The notes beneath the pieces were generated by a model, which worked only from the letters and a program-made list of their open reading frames with translations, was not told the DNA's origin and ran no database searches. DNA of 56,791 nucleotides from positions 2,898 through 59,688 of the forward strand of contig WVWN01000003.1 of assembly GCA_011773985.1 (NCBI GenBank). The letters are read 5' to 3'. This document shows, piece after piece, positions 1 through 8,054 of the stretch. The position numbers and the translations under genes were made by a program. The stretch comes from Candidatus Zixiibacteriota bacterium. Lineage in GTDB: Bacteria; RBG-13-66-14; B26-G2; WVWN01. How positions within the stretch are numbered: position 1 is the stretch's first letter; every line of letters begins with the position of its first letter.

Positions 1-1179
1 CGCAAGGCTGAAATTATATATACCCGGGTAGGCGGGGAGTAGCGTCAGCGCGACGGCAGCCGCCGCGGCGACGCGTTTCCCCTTTATTTTGTATATTAAC
101 CAGGCCGCGCCGGCCGCGGCGAACGGCGCGCATATCAGGAAGAACGATAAATACCAGACTTCTATCTCGAAGACCTGAATGGGCGTCAAAAGGCCGACGA
201 GCGGCAGCATCGTCGCCGGCCCGACTATAGCCGCCAATACCGCGAGCATTCCGGCGAAGGGCGTCCGCGATTTGAGCAGCCAAACGAGGCCGACGGCCGC
301 GAGTACGCCCGCGCCGGGGCCGAATTGCCACAGAAGCAAGCGGCCGAGCTCGACCGTGTGGTGGCCGAGATAGCGATATCTGGGCCAATATATGGTACCG
401 AACTCGCGGCGGCGGACGTGGTCGAGGAAGCGCGGAAGGTCCGCGGGCACGCCCCAGTTGAGCGGCGGCTCGCGCGAGGCCCGGAGCGCGAGGTACAGGT
501 ATATGGAGACGCCGAGGAGCAGGAATGCCGCGGCCGCTACGGCCGACGTGTAGCCGCCGGCCGCGCGCCTCGTCTTCCACCAGAGGTACGCCAAAAGCGG
601 CCCGGTCGCGGCGAGCGAGAGCGGATGGTTGGCCGCGGCCAGCGAGGCGGCGAAGGCCGTGGCGTAGAACCACCGCGCGTCGGCCGAGGCGTTGGCGCGC
701 GCGCCGCACCAAAGCGTCGCCGCGAGCAGCGCCGCGTTCAGCGCGTAGACCTCGGTGATAACGGCCTGCGGCCAGAAGGTTTGCGAGAAGGCGAAGAGGG
801 CCCCGGCGACCCACGAGGCCGCGGCTAGTAGGCCCGGCCTTTTTACGACCGGCGCGAGGAGCTCCCACGTCAGCAGAAAGACGAAAGCCGAGGCGAGCGC
901 GCCGAAGGTGGCCGAGGCGACGTTGACGCGCCACGCGACCTCGCCGAACGGTAAGTAGGTGAAGAGGTGGCCGGCGAGGGTCTCGAGCGGGTAGCCGGAG
1001 GGGTGGTCGACGCCCAGGACCGCGCAGCCCAGCGCGAACTCCATCGAGTCCTCGAAGTTGAGGGATGGCGCGAGGGTGTAGAGGTAGACGAGGAGGGGTA
1101 CGACGAAGGCCGCGGCCAGGCCGACGTTGCGCCAGGACGTCTCGCGGTTTCGGAAAGCCGGTTTCGTTTCCGCGGCCAT
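1..1179 (-). CDS. DUF2723 / TMEM260-like GT-C membrane glycosyltransferase (3' end outside window)
   Basis: Not in ORF track because it runs off the edge. Manual translation from ATG 1179: MAAETKPAF...YLYTLAPSLNFEDSMEFALGCAVLGVDHPSGYPLETLAGHLFTYLPFGEVAWRVNVASA, matching the DUF2723 N-terminal pattern (TLAP..D..EF...LG..HPxGYPL...RVN..SA); many hydrophobic segments. Confidence 0.85.
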   Translation of the reverse strand, partial: MAAETKPAFRNRETSWRNVGLAAAFVVPLLVYLYTLAPSLNFEDSMEFALGCAVLGVDHPSGYPLETLAGHLFTYLPFGEVAWRVNVASATFGALASAFVFLLTWELLAPVVKRPGLLAAASWVAGALFAFSQTFWPQAVITEVYALNAALLAATLWCGARANASADARWFYATAFAASLAAANHPLSLAATGPLLAYLWWKTRRAAGGYTSAVAAAAFLLLGVSIYLYLALRASREPPLNWGVPADLPRFLDHVRRREFGTIYWPRYRYLGHHTVELGRLLLWQFGPGAGVLAAVGLVWLLKSRTPFAGMLAVLAAIVGPATMLPLVGLLTPIQVFEIEVWYLSFFLICAPFAAAGAAWLIYKIKGKRVAAAAAVALTLLPAYPGIYNFSLA

Positions 1180-1310
1180 GGGTTCTAATCGTAAAAATTA
1201 GTTCGGGTCACGTCAATCTAAAAAGGGTACCGGGGCGAGCGAGATTATCGTGAATAAAAAAGCCGCCCGGCGGGGCGACTCTTTAAGTTATTAATTCTGT
1301 AGACCCTTAA

Positions 1311-2891
1311 CTACGGGTGCCACGGCGCGGGCGTTTGGAATTTATATATGGCCACCTCGCCCGGGTAGAAAAAATCCTCCCAATAACCGCTACCGTCGTG
1401 TTGCGGAATCTCCATAGCGCCCTCGCCGACTTTATAAACGGTACTGTACCTCGCGCCTTTGCCCCAGTGATCCCAGTAATTGTGTGCGCTGAAGAAAGGC
1501 CTGAAGCGGACTTTATACTCTTCGGCCGCGCCCTCGTGCGGCCGGCACGCGACTATCAAGTAGGTCCACTCGTAAAACTTTTTTGCGACGCCCTCCATAA
1601 TGATCCGGTCGGAGAGGAAGTGCGTCTTGGGTACCAATTTACCGCATACGAAAGTCGACTCTTCTACGACTTCGCTGGGCTCCGGTAGCGGCCAAGTGGT
1701 AACCGCTGCGACCGTATAATCGTAGTCGCCCTTTATGGCGCCGTTAATTTCGTAACCGGATAACTCGTTTATTAAATCCCTTAAGTAAGCCGGTATGTTA
1801 GTGTCGCGGTAGAAGAAATCGTACTCTGAAGGCGTATGGTAGTCGACGTCGTCGTACCAAACCAAGCCCTTGGCGCCGTGGATGATAGCGTCGTAGGCCT
1901 GAAAGAACATTTGGTTGCGGGTGAGGTATTCCTCGCCTTGGTCCTTCCCTTGTAGTACCGCTATGTAGGGTTTGCACCGGGGGCCGCCTTCCGGCGGTAC
2001 TATTATCCACTCGGAACGGGCCGCTTCGTGAACAGCGTCGGCGACGCTCCCGGTAACGGAGGAGTAATAATTAGGAAGGAGGCAGCCTAACAAGGGCGCA
2101 CATTGTTCGTTTGCCAATCTTAGCATTTCGGGTTCGGGATACGGGAGTACCACGGCCCCTACGATGTCGGCGGCGCTGTGGTAATCTTTCCATAGGTCGC
2201 GCACCTTGACGGGGTCGCCCTGGGCCATAAATATATTATGTGCCGCTCCCCTTTGCTCTTCTAAAGTTTCCAATTGGTCCGACGCAAAATTTATGTAAGT
2301 CGGCGTCGGCCGCGGTTCCGGGAGGCGGTTGCGGCTGTCGTAGTAGCGCCAGGCCGGTCGGTCCCAATGGTAATAACCCATGAAGGCTTCCGCGTGGTAG
2401 GAATATTCCACCCATTGAACCATCTGGTTGAAAAGCTGTACCCTTTGGTCGGGCCAAACGATGTTGCCGTCGTCGTTCCACGTGCCGTATTGACTCCAGA
2501 AAAGCGCCGGGTCGGCGAGTATCTTTACGCCCGCCGCATCCGCGGCGATGAGGTGGGCGGCGCAATAGCCTTCGCTTTGGAATATTGCGCCGGGGCGGTT
2601 AGGCCAGCGTTCCGGGTCCCACGGCGCGACTACCAGGTTACCCCCCATGTTACCAAATGCCGCGTAGTCGGCCTGTAGCGTAGTAGAATCGTAGCCCATA
2701 GGGATAGCCGGGTAGAAGAAGGTGCCGAGGGGAAAGAAGCGCTCGTACGGCCCTTCGCCCTCGGCGAGCGTTATGAAACCCTCGCCGTCCACGCCTACTT
2801 TTAAGTAGTTGAAAGGGGGCGGTTCCTGGCCGTAGGAGACGGCCGCGGAAAATAAAACAAAGCATGCCGCGGCTACTTTTGTACGAGGCAT
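1311..2891 (-). CDS. Secreted glycoside-hydrolase-like (TIM-barrel) protein, 526 aa
   Basis: Signal peptide (MPRTK...AVSYG); GYYHWDRP and AIIHGAKGLVWY resemble clan GH-A-like segments; SD GGAGG upstream. Confidence 0.55.
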   Translation of the reverse strand: MPRTKVAAACFVLFSAAVSYGQEPPPFNYLKVGVDGEGFITLAEGEGPYERFFPLGTFFYPAIPMGYDSTTLQADYAAFGNMGGNLVVAPWDPERWPNRPGAIFQSEGYCAAHLIAADAAGVKILADPALFWSQYGTWNDDGNIVWPDQRVQLFNQMVQWVEYSYHAEAFMGYYHWDRPAWRYYDSRNRLPEPRPTPTYINFASDQLETLEEQRGAAHNIFMAQGDPVKVRDLWKDYHSAADIVGAVVLPYPEPEMLRLANEQCAPLLGCLLPNYYSSVTGSVADAVHEAARSEWIIVPPEGGPRCKPYIAVLQGKDQGEEYLTRNQMFFQAYDAIIHGAKGLVWYDDVDYHTPSEYDFFYRDTNIPAYLRDLINELSGYEINGAIKGDYDYTVAAVTTWPLPEPSEVVEESTFVCGKLVPKTHFLSDRIIMEGVAKKFYEWTYLIVACRPHEGAAEEYKVRFRPFFSAHNYWDHWGKGARYSTVYKVGEGAMEIPQHDGSGYWEDFFYPGEVAIYKFQTPAPWHP

Positions 2892-2933
2892 AATTGAACC
2901 TCCCGCCGTTGGAATTCTATTTAAGTAATTACC

Positions 2934-3650
2934 TTATCGGTACAACCCTTTAATCTTCCCGAACGAGCCGGGGTTCGTGCCGACGACGTCAATATCGACC
3001 TGGTAGACCCAATTGTTAGTATCGTTAATGAGCCAAAGGTACTGGCCGTCAAAAGTCGTGCCGGCGGCCTCGCCGCCGTCCGGGACGGGGAAGCTCGCGA
3101 CGACGGACCCGGTAGTGGTTACGTTGTACATACGGTTGCCGGGGCCGCCGACCCACAGCTTGTGGCCGTACCAGCCGAGGTCCGTCGCGAGCCTAAAAGG
3201 CGCCTTGAAGCTCCCGACGAAAGAGCCCGCGGTAGTGAACTTAGCGGGTCCGCACCATAAGTATGGGCTTTCCCACGTAACGCCGGGACCGAAAGAACCG
3301 GTGCCGAACCAATTAACCAACGAACCGGTAGTGGTTAATTGGTAATAATATATAGACTGCGTTGGGTGGGCGTCCGAATTCCATAAATATGCGCCGTCGA
3401 AGGTTAAACCCTTGATAAAGGTATAGGTGCCGCCTATATTGAAAGAACTTACTATTGAACCGGTAGTATTTGTGCGCAAGAAAACGGAACTTGGTTGTCC
3501 GGCGAACCACAGGTACGCGCCGTCCCAACAAAGCCCTGCGGTACCCGTACCACGCGGATGCGGGAACGAAGACACGACGTCGCCGAACGCGGCGTAAGCT
3601 ACGCCGGCCGGTAACGACAAAATAACGGCAATTTTTAGTGTTTTAACCAT
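2934..3650 (-). CDS. Secreted beta-propeller-like repeat protein with C-terminal tail PGSFGKIKGLYR
   Basis: Signal peptide; repeats GLx[WF]DGxYLW and TTTGSxVxSF; near-identical paralog of 3721-4437. Confidence 0.8.
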   Translation of the reverse strand: MVKTLKIAVILSLPAGVAYAAFGDVVSSFPHPRGTGTAGLCWDGAYLWFAGQPSSVFLRTNTTGSIVSSFNIGGTYTFIKGLTFDGAYLWNSDAHPTQSIYYYQLTTTGSLVNWFGTGSFGPGVTWESPYLWCGPAKFTTAGSFVGSFKAPFRLATDLGWYGHKLWVGGPGNRMYNVTTTGSVVASFPVPDGGEAAGTTFDGQYLWLINDTNNWVYQVDIDVVGTNPGSFGKIKGLYR

Positions 3651-3677
3651 ATCTTATCCCCCTTCGCCGCTTCCGCC

Positions 3678-3710
3678 TTAGCTTTCGCCAAAGCGGGCGG
3701 GCTTTTGTAA
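3678..3710 (-). pseudogene. Short 3'-end remnant (LQKPARFGES*) of a paralog of the 526-aa gene
   Basis: Matches the remnant at 4465-4527 and sits at an equivalent position just upstream of the shared GAAGGGGGATAAGAT RBS. Confidence 0.45.
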
Positions 3711-3720
3711 CGTTACTAAT

Positions 3721-4437
3721 TTACCGGAAAAGCCCCTTAATCTTCCCGAACGAGCCCGGGTTCATGCCGACGACGTCGATGTCGACCTGGTAGACCCAAC
3801 CGTTGGTGTCGTTGATAAGCCATAAGTATTGGCCGTCGAATGTAGTCCCGGCGGCCTTGCCGCCGGCGGGGACGGGGAAGCTCGCGGCGACGGAGCCGTT
3901 GGTGGTTACGTTATACATACGGTTGCCCGGGCCGCCGACCCACAACTTGTGGCCGTACCAGCCGAGGTCCGTCCCCAAAGCGAAGGGCGGATTGAAACTG
4001 GTCACGAACGAACCCCCGGTAGTGAACTTGGCTGGCCCGCACCAGAGGTAGGGGCTTTCCCACGTTACCCCGGGCCCGAAACCCCCAGCCCCAAACCTAC
4101 TCACATGAGACCCGGTTGTGGTTAAACGGTGATAAGAATAAAGATAAGTTAAATTCCACCACGAGTACCAAAGGAATGCACCGTCGCAAGTCAAACCTCT
4201 AATATAACTGTACCCGGCCCCTATGTTAAAGGACCCCGCGAACGAGCCGGTAGTTGTCGTCCGGATAAAATGTGATGCAGGCTGGCCCGCAAACCACAAG
4301 TAAGCACCGTCCCACGCTAGGCCGGAGTACCCAACTCCTCCCGGATGACGGAACGATGAAACGACGTCGCCTAACGCGGCGTAGGCTGTGCCGGCTAGTA
4401 AAAATAAAGTAATGGTAAATTTTAGTGTTTTAAGCAT
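3721..4437 (-). CDS. Secreted beta-propeller-like repeat protein with C-terminal tail PGSFGKIKGLFR
   Basis: Signal peptide; tandem paralog of 2934-3650 with near-identical C-terminal half. Confidence 0.8.
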   Translation of the reverse strand: MLKTLKFTITLFLLAGTAYAALGDVVSSFRHPGGVGYSGLAWDGAYLWFAGQPASHFIRTTTTGSFAGSFNIGAGYSYIRGLTCDGAFLWYSWWNLTYLYSYHRLTTTGSHVSRFGAGGFGPGVTWESPYLWCGPAKFTTGGSFVTSFNPPFALGTDLGWYGHKLWVGGPGNRMYNVTTNGSVAASFPVPAGGKAAGTTFDGQYLWLINDTNGWVYQVDIDVVGMNPGSFGKIKGLFR

Positions 4438-4464
4438 ATCTTATCCCCCTTCATTCCGGCCGCG

Positions 4465-4527
4465 TTAGCTTTCGCCGAAGCGCGGCGGCTTTTGGAATTT
4501 GTATATGTGGACGTCTTCGCCCAGGTA
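4465..4527 (-). pseudogene. 3'-end remnant (YLGEDVHIYKFQKPPRFGES*) of a paralog of the 526-aa gene
   Basis: Aligns with the C-terminus YPGEVAIYKFQTPAPWHP* of 1311-2891. Confidence 0.6.
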
Positions 4528-4647
4528 TACCCGCGAAGCTAACGATAAATAAAAAGGCGCCCGCGGTTCCCGTCGAGAGGAACGGCGCCCAAAATTCTCG
4601 CTGGCCTTATTTCGTCTCCCCACGGCGACTTTTCACCCTCGACGCTA

Positions 4648-4676
4648 ACGTTATACCTTCCCGCCCGCGCTGTCAA
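4648..4676 (-). promoter_or_regulatory. Sigma70-like promoter TTGACA-17-TAACGT for the secreted-protein cluster
   Basis: Consensus -35 at 4671-4676, TAnnnT -10 at 4648-4653, 17-nt spacer. Confidence 0.55.
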
Positions 4677-4688
4677 GAGCTATTTAAT

Positions 4689-4720
4689 AAAAAATCCTCC
4701 GCTCGAGGCGAGGAGTTTTT
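4689..4720. terminator. Hairpin terminator, diverged copy of the fbp terminator
   Basis: AAAAATCCTCCGCTCGAGGCGAGGAGTTTTT versus AAAACCCCCCGCTCAAGGCGAGGGGTTTT at 6650-6680. Confidence 0.6.
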
Positions 4721-4742
4721 ACCGGCCTCGTATTCCGGCCCC

Positions 4743-4838
4743 TCAGATATCTTCGCAGCGGCCCTCGAGCTTCTCCCGGACCGCGGGCATGGTGGCGTAT
4801 TCCATCTCGCCGTACGTGGGGCGGTGCGGCGTTAAGGG
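4743..4838 (-). pseudogene. fbp: Degenerate duplicate of the fbp 3' end
   Basis: Translates PLTPHRPTYGEMEYATMPAVREKLEGRCEDI* versus fbp PFEPHRLPFAEMEYTTMPAVQEKLEGRWEDI*. Confidence 0.85.
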
Positions 4839-4867
4839 CCGGCCGGGGCGAGCGGTGAATTTTTTCC

Positions 4868-4918
4868 TTGACACGGCAGGCCGGGTATAGTATATTTTAC
4901 CTACAGTATGTAGGTAAA
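4868..4918 (+). promoter_or_regulatory. Promoter TTGACA-17-TATATT with adjoining inverted-repeat operator TTTACCTACA-gta-TGTAGGTAAA
   Basis: -35 at 4868-4873, -10 at 4891-4896, perfect 10-bp arms at 4896-4918 directly before the TrmB ATG. Confidence 0.7.
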
Positions 4919-4922
4919 TAAT

Positions 4923-5786
4923 ATGACCGACGAGCCCCCCCACGATTTCCTCCTGACGTTAGGCCTGACGGCGTACGAGGCCCGGACGTACGCGGCGTTG
5001 TTAAAGCACCCCGCAGCGGCCCCCGCCGTCGTTGCCCGCGAAGCCGGCATCCCGGCCCCCCACGTCTACCGCGTCCTGCGCCGTCTGGTGGAATCGGGCT
5101 TTGCGGCCCGGTCGTCGGCCGGCCGGATCACGTACCGCCCCGTCGACCCGGACCAGGCGATCGCGAGGCTCGAGGCCCAAGAGCGCGAGCGGCGCGACCG
5201 TACGGACCGGGCCGTGGCCGTCGGAAAAGAGGTTTTAAAAAAAATTTTCGCGGAGGCGGCGCGGGAACCGGCGTTGGAGGAATATATCGAGATCAACAAG
5301 AATCAGGCCCGGATCTTCGCCCGCATGGCCGACCGGCTCGAGGCCGCTCGGCGTCAAGTCTTGGCTTTCGCGAAGCCGCTCGGCTTCGCGACGACGCCGG
5401 CCCGGGGGTCCTTCGCGGAAAGGTACGCGCTCACCCTCCGGGCGCTGAAACGGGGGGTAGAGATCAAAGCCCTCTACGAGTCGCCGGAAAGCGCGAGTCC
5501 GGCCGGGGAGCAAAGGCTTAAGGATTTAAACCGGCTCGCGGCGCGCGGCGAACAGATCAGATTGGTGAAAGAGCTGCCGATGCGGATGTACGTCTTCGAC
5601 GGCCGCGAAGTGGCGATTACGCTCGAGGACCCGGCGACGACGAAGCCGACCATAACCTGTCTCGCGGTAACCCACCGTGCTTTGGCGACCGGGTTAACGG
5701 TCTTCTTTGAAAAATATTGGGCCGAGGCCAAGCCGCTGGCCCGGCCCCGAGGAAAACGAAAGCGTAAGACCGCGGGGGCCGGTTAA
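4923..5786 (+). CDS. TrmB family transcriptional regulator
   Basis: N-terminal LGLTAYEARTYAALL...IPAPHVYRVLRRLVESGF wHTH; C-terminal PLD-like domain (MRMYVFDGREV...FEKYW). Confidence 0.9.
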   Translation: MTDEPPHDFLLTLGLTAYEARTYAALLKHPAAAPAVVAREAGIPAPHVYRVLRRLVESGFAARSSAGRITYRPVDPDQAIARLEAQERERRDRTDRAVAVGKEVLKKIFAEAAREPALEEYIEINKNQARIFARMADRLEAARRQVLAFAKPLGFATTPARGSFAERYALTLRALKRGVEIKALYESPESASPAGEQRLKDLNRLAARGEQIRLVKELPMRMYVFDGREVAITLEDPATTKPTITCLAVTHRALATGLTVFFEKYWAEAKPLARPRGKRKRKTAGAG

Positions 5787-5903
5787 GCCTCCTTCCGCGG
5801 AAAGGAATTCCCGCGCGCGGGAAAGGCCCTCGCCTCGCCGGTACCGTCAAGCTGCGTTTTAGGTTTTAAACCCCGAAAACCCTAACCAGGGGAGGCAAGA
5901 AAG

Positions 5904-6512
5904 ATGAGAGAAGGAATTTGCACGATCGCCGTCGCGGCCACGGTGTTCGCCGCGGCCGCCGCCGTCGCCGCGGAATACGAGCTTAAATGGGACAACGGGA
6001 CGATCAGCCACGGCGTTCATTACGTTACCGGTCCCGACATATGGGTCGGTAACGATTTCAACGTGTCGACCCTCAAGACCTCCCACCGCTACATCCGCCA
6101 GTTCGGGGTCGTGATGGGCCCGGGATCAAACCGCGTGTGGGACGGCTTCCGCCTCGCGATCTGGGCTTGGCCCCGCGGCAACAAGATCTGGCCAGAGAAC
6201 GGCGTGCCCGTGTTCGTCAAACCCACGGGCGGAACGGCGTGGTATTGGTTTGACGTGAATTGGGTTCTCCCCTCGCAGTACACGGCCTTTATCGCGGCCG
6301 TGGAACAGTATTACAACCCGCCGAATTGCGACGACATCTTCGTCGACACGGGCCCGAAGCGAAATCATTCCTGGATGGGTTACGGGACCCCCACCTGGTA
6401 CGCCTGGCCTCAAAATAATAACGTTATGGTCCGCGTCCGCTATGACCCGGATTATAGCGGTTCCGCCGTAGCGCCGACGAGCCTGGGGCGGGTGAAGGCG
6501 CTATATAAATGA
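5904..6512 (+). CDS. Secreted beta-rich protein with C-terminal tail AVAPTSLGRVKALYK
   Basis: Signal peptide, SD GGGGAGG; sequence unrelated to the propeller families but same tail. Confidence 0.8.
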   Translation: MREGICTIAVAATVFAAAAAVAAEYELKWDNGTISHGVHYVTGPDIWVGNDFNVSTLKTSHRYIRQFGVVMGPGSNRVWDGFRLAIWAWPRGNKIWPENGVPVFVKPTGGTAWYWFDVNWVLPSQYTAFIAAVEQYYNPPNCDDIFVDTGPKRNHSWMGYGTPTWYAWPQNNNVMVRVRYDPDYSGSAVAPTSLGRVKALYK

Positions 6513-6649
6513 GGACAACGGCGGGAGGGGGGAGGTAGGGCGACGTACCGGGGCGACCTCCGGGCCGCCCCTTAACGCTTAACGCCGCGTCGGGAAACGC
6601 GAGGGCGCCGCGGCGGGTAGGAAACCCGCCGCTACTTGGGCGTTAAGAT

Positions 6650-6680
6650 AAAAACCCCCCGCTCAAGGCGAGGGGTTTTC
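6650..6680 (-). terminator. Rho-independent (probably bidirectional) terminator of fbp
   Basis: GC hairpin flanked by A and T tracts between convergent genes. Confidence 0.65.
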
Positions 6681-6701
6681 CGCGTCCCGTTCTTAGGACA
6701 C

Positions 6702-7802
6702 TTAGATATCTTCCCAGCGGCCCTCGAGCTTCTCCTGGACCGCGGGCATCGTCGTATACTCCATCTCGGCGAAGGGGAGGCGGTGCGGTTCGAAGGGGCC
6801 GTGCTTGCGGAGGTAGCCGGCGACGAGGTTGGCGGTGCGGCGGGCCTCGTCGTACGAGGGGTCGTCGAACATGTCGCGGGGCCCGATAAGTTTACCGTCG
6901 GCTAGTTGGTATCCCATGCAAACGACGCGCGGCGGCCCGTCGAAGCGGGACGGGTGCGCCTCCTTGACCGAGACCGGCATCAGCGGGCCCATGTGCGAGC
7001 CGCGCATCCAGCCCGAGGTCGTGTGCGGGAACGCGAACGGCTCGAGCGCCTCGCCCACCGCGGGCAGCCCCGACTGACAGCGGACGACGCAAACCGGGTC
7101 GTCCTTGCCGACGTAGCGCCCGGCGATGAGCGCGAGCTTCTGCGTCGACGACGACGCGGCGATGTCGCCGTCGTCCTTGCGGTAGACGGCGCGTATGAGG
7201 AAGTGGTCCGGCGAGCCGACGAAGACGAGCATGTCGTAGAGCTCCTCCGGGCAAGAGAAGACGATGTGCTTGCTCTTGTGGATGTCGTAGACGTCGAAAC
7301 GGAAGCCGTCGTGCATGTTGGGGTCGATGACGAGGCCGGCGGTGTTGAACGGGTCCGCGAACATCTTGTAGAGCGGCAGGTTCCAGGCGCCGGGGGCGCA
7401 CTTGTCGCCCGCGAAGACGAGGACCGGCTCGCTCTTACGCTCCTCGAACTCCATCTCCGCGACGCCCGGGCCCATGCCCTTTACGTTCCCCGAGAACGCG
7501 TCCGCCAACAGGTCCTGGCCCGCGCCGTAGAGGTGGAGCCCTTTCGCGACCTCGGTGCCGGCCACGAAGGTATCCCAGGCCAACTTATGGATCTTCTCGG
7601 CGTCGGTCCCCTGGGTGTGGGTCATTACGAGCTCGAGGTCGTCGCCGCAGGTGAAGACGTCGAAGTCGACGAGGAGGCCGCCCTTCTGGGCCTTTTCGAG
7701 TTCCTCGCGGCCTTTGGCGATGACGTCCGGGTGGCTCGCGGAGTGACCCACGAGGCCGCCGATGTCGGCCTTGATGACGCTCAGGGTGATTTTACCGGCC
7801 AT
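6702..7802 (-). CDS. fbp: Class V fructose-1,6-bisphosphate aldolase/phosphatase
   Basis: TLSVIKADIGG, CGDD, LYGAGQDLL, GNVKGMGPG, YVGKDDP, WMRGSHxGP and MEYTT motifs. Confidence 0.97.
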   Translation of the reverse strand: MAGKITLSVIKADIGGLVGHSASHPDVIAKGREELEKAQKGGLLVDFDVFTCGDDLELVMTHTQGTDAEKIHKLAWDTFVAGTEVAKGLHLYGAGQDLLADAFSGNVKGMGPGVAEMEFEERKSEPVLVFAGDKCAPGAWNLPLYKMFADPFNTAGLVIDPNMHDGFRFDVYDIHKSKHIVFSCPEELYDMLVFVGSPDHFLIRAVYRKDDGDIAASSSTQKLALIAGRYVGKDDPVCVVRCQSGLPAVGEALEPFAFPHTTSGWMRGSHMGPLMPVSVKEAHPSRFDGPPRVVCMGYQLADGKLIGPRDMFDDPSYDEARRTANLVAGYLRKHGPFEPHRLPFAEMEYTTMPAVQEKLEGRWEDI

Positions 7803-8054
7803 GGCTTAGGTGCCTCCTTAATTTATTGAAGGATAAGGGCCTCTTTGGCTAAATCCTATTATTATAACATTATAAAATTTATTGCGCAAGCGCACGGCTC
7901 CCGAAGGTTACTTTTTTCTCATCGTTAAATAAGGTTTTATTGGTAACGTGGGGCGGCCGTGCCGTCGGGCGCCGAGGCGGCGGAAAGGCGTTATATTGGT
8001 GGAAAACAATAACGAGAGGCCGGCCGGTGACGGCCGGTTTTTTTGGGCGGCTTT

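Noticed and set aside
14-934. 306-aa ORF and other long Arg/Pro/Gly-rich ORFs (7879-8898, 13078-14328, 41126-42076, 47437-48858)
   Set aside because: Shadow frames of well-supported genes in GC-rich DNA
4743-4943. 66-aa ORF starting MGGLVGH, resembling the fbp N-terminus GGLVGH
   Set aside because: The 5' part is antisense to the trmB start and promoter and the six-residue match is probably chance; only the 3' fbp duplicate is accepted
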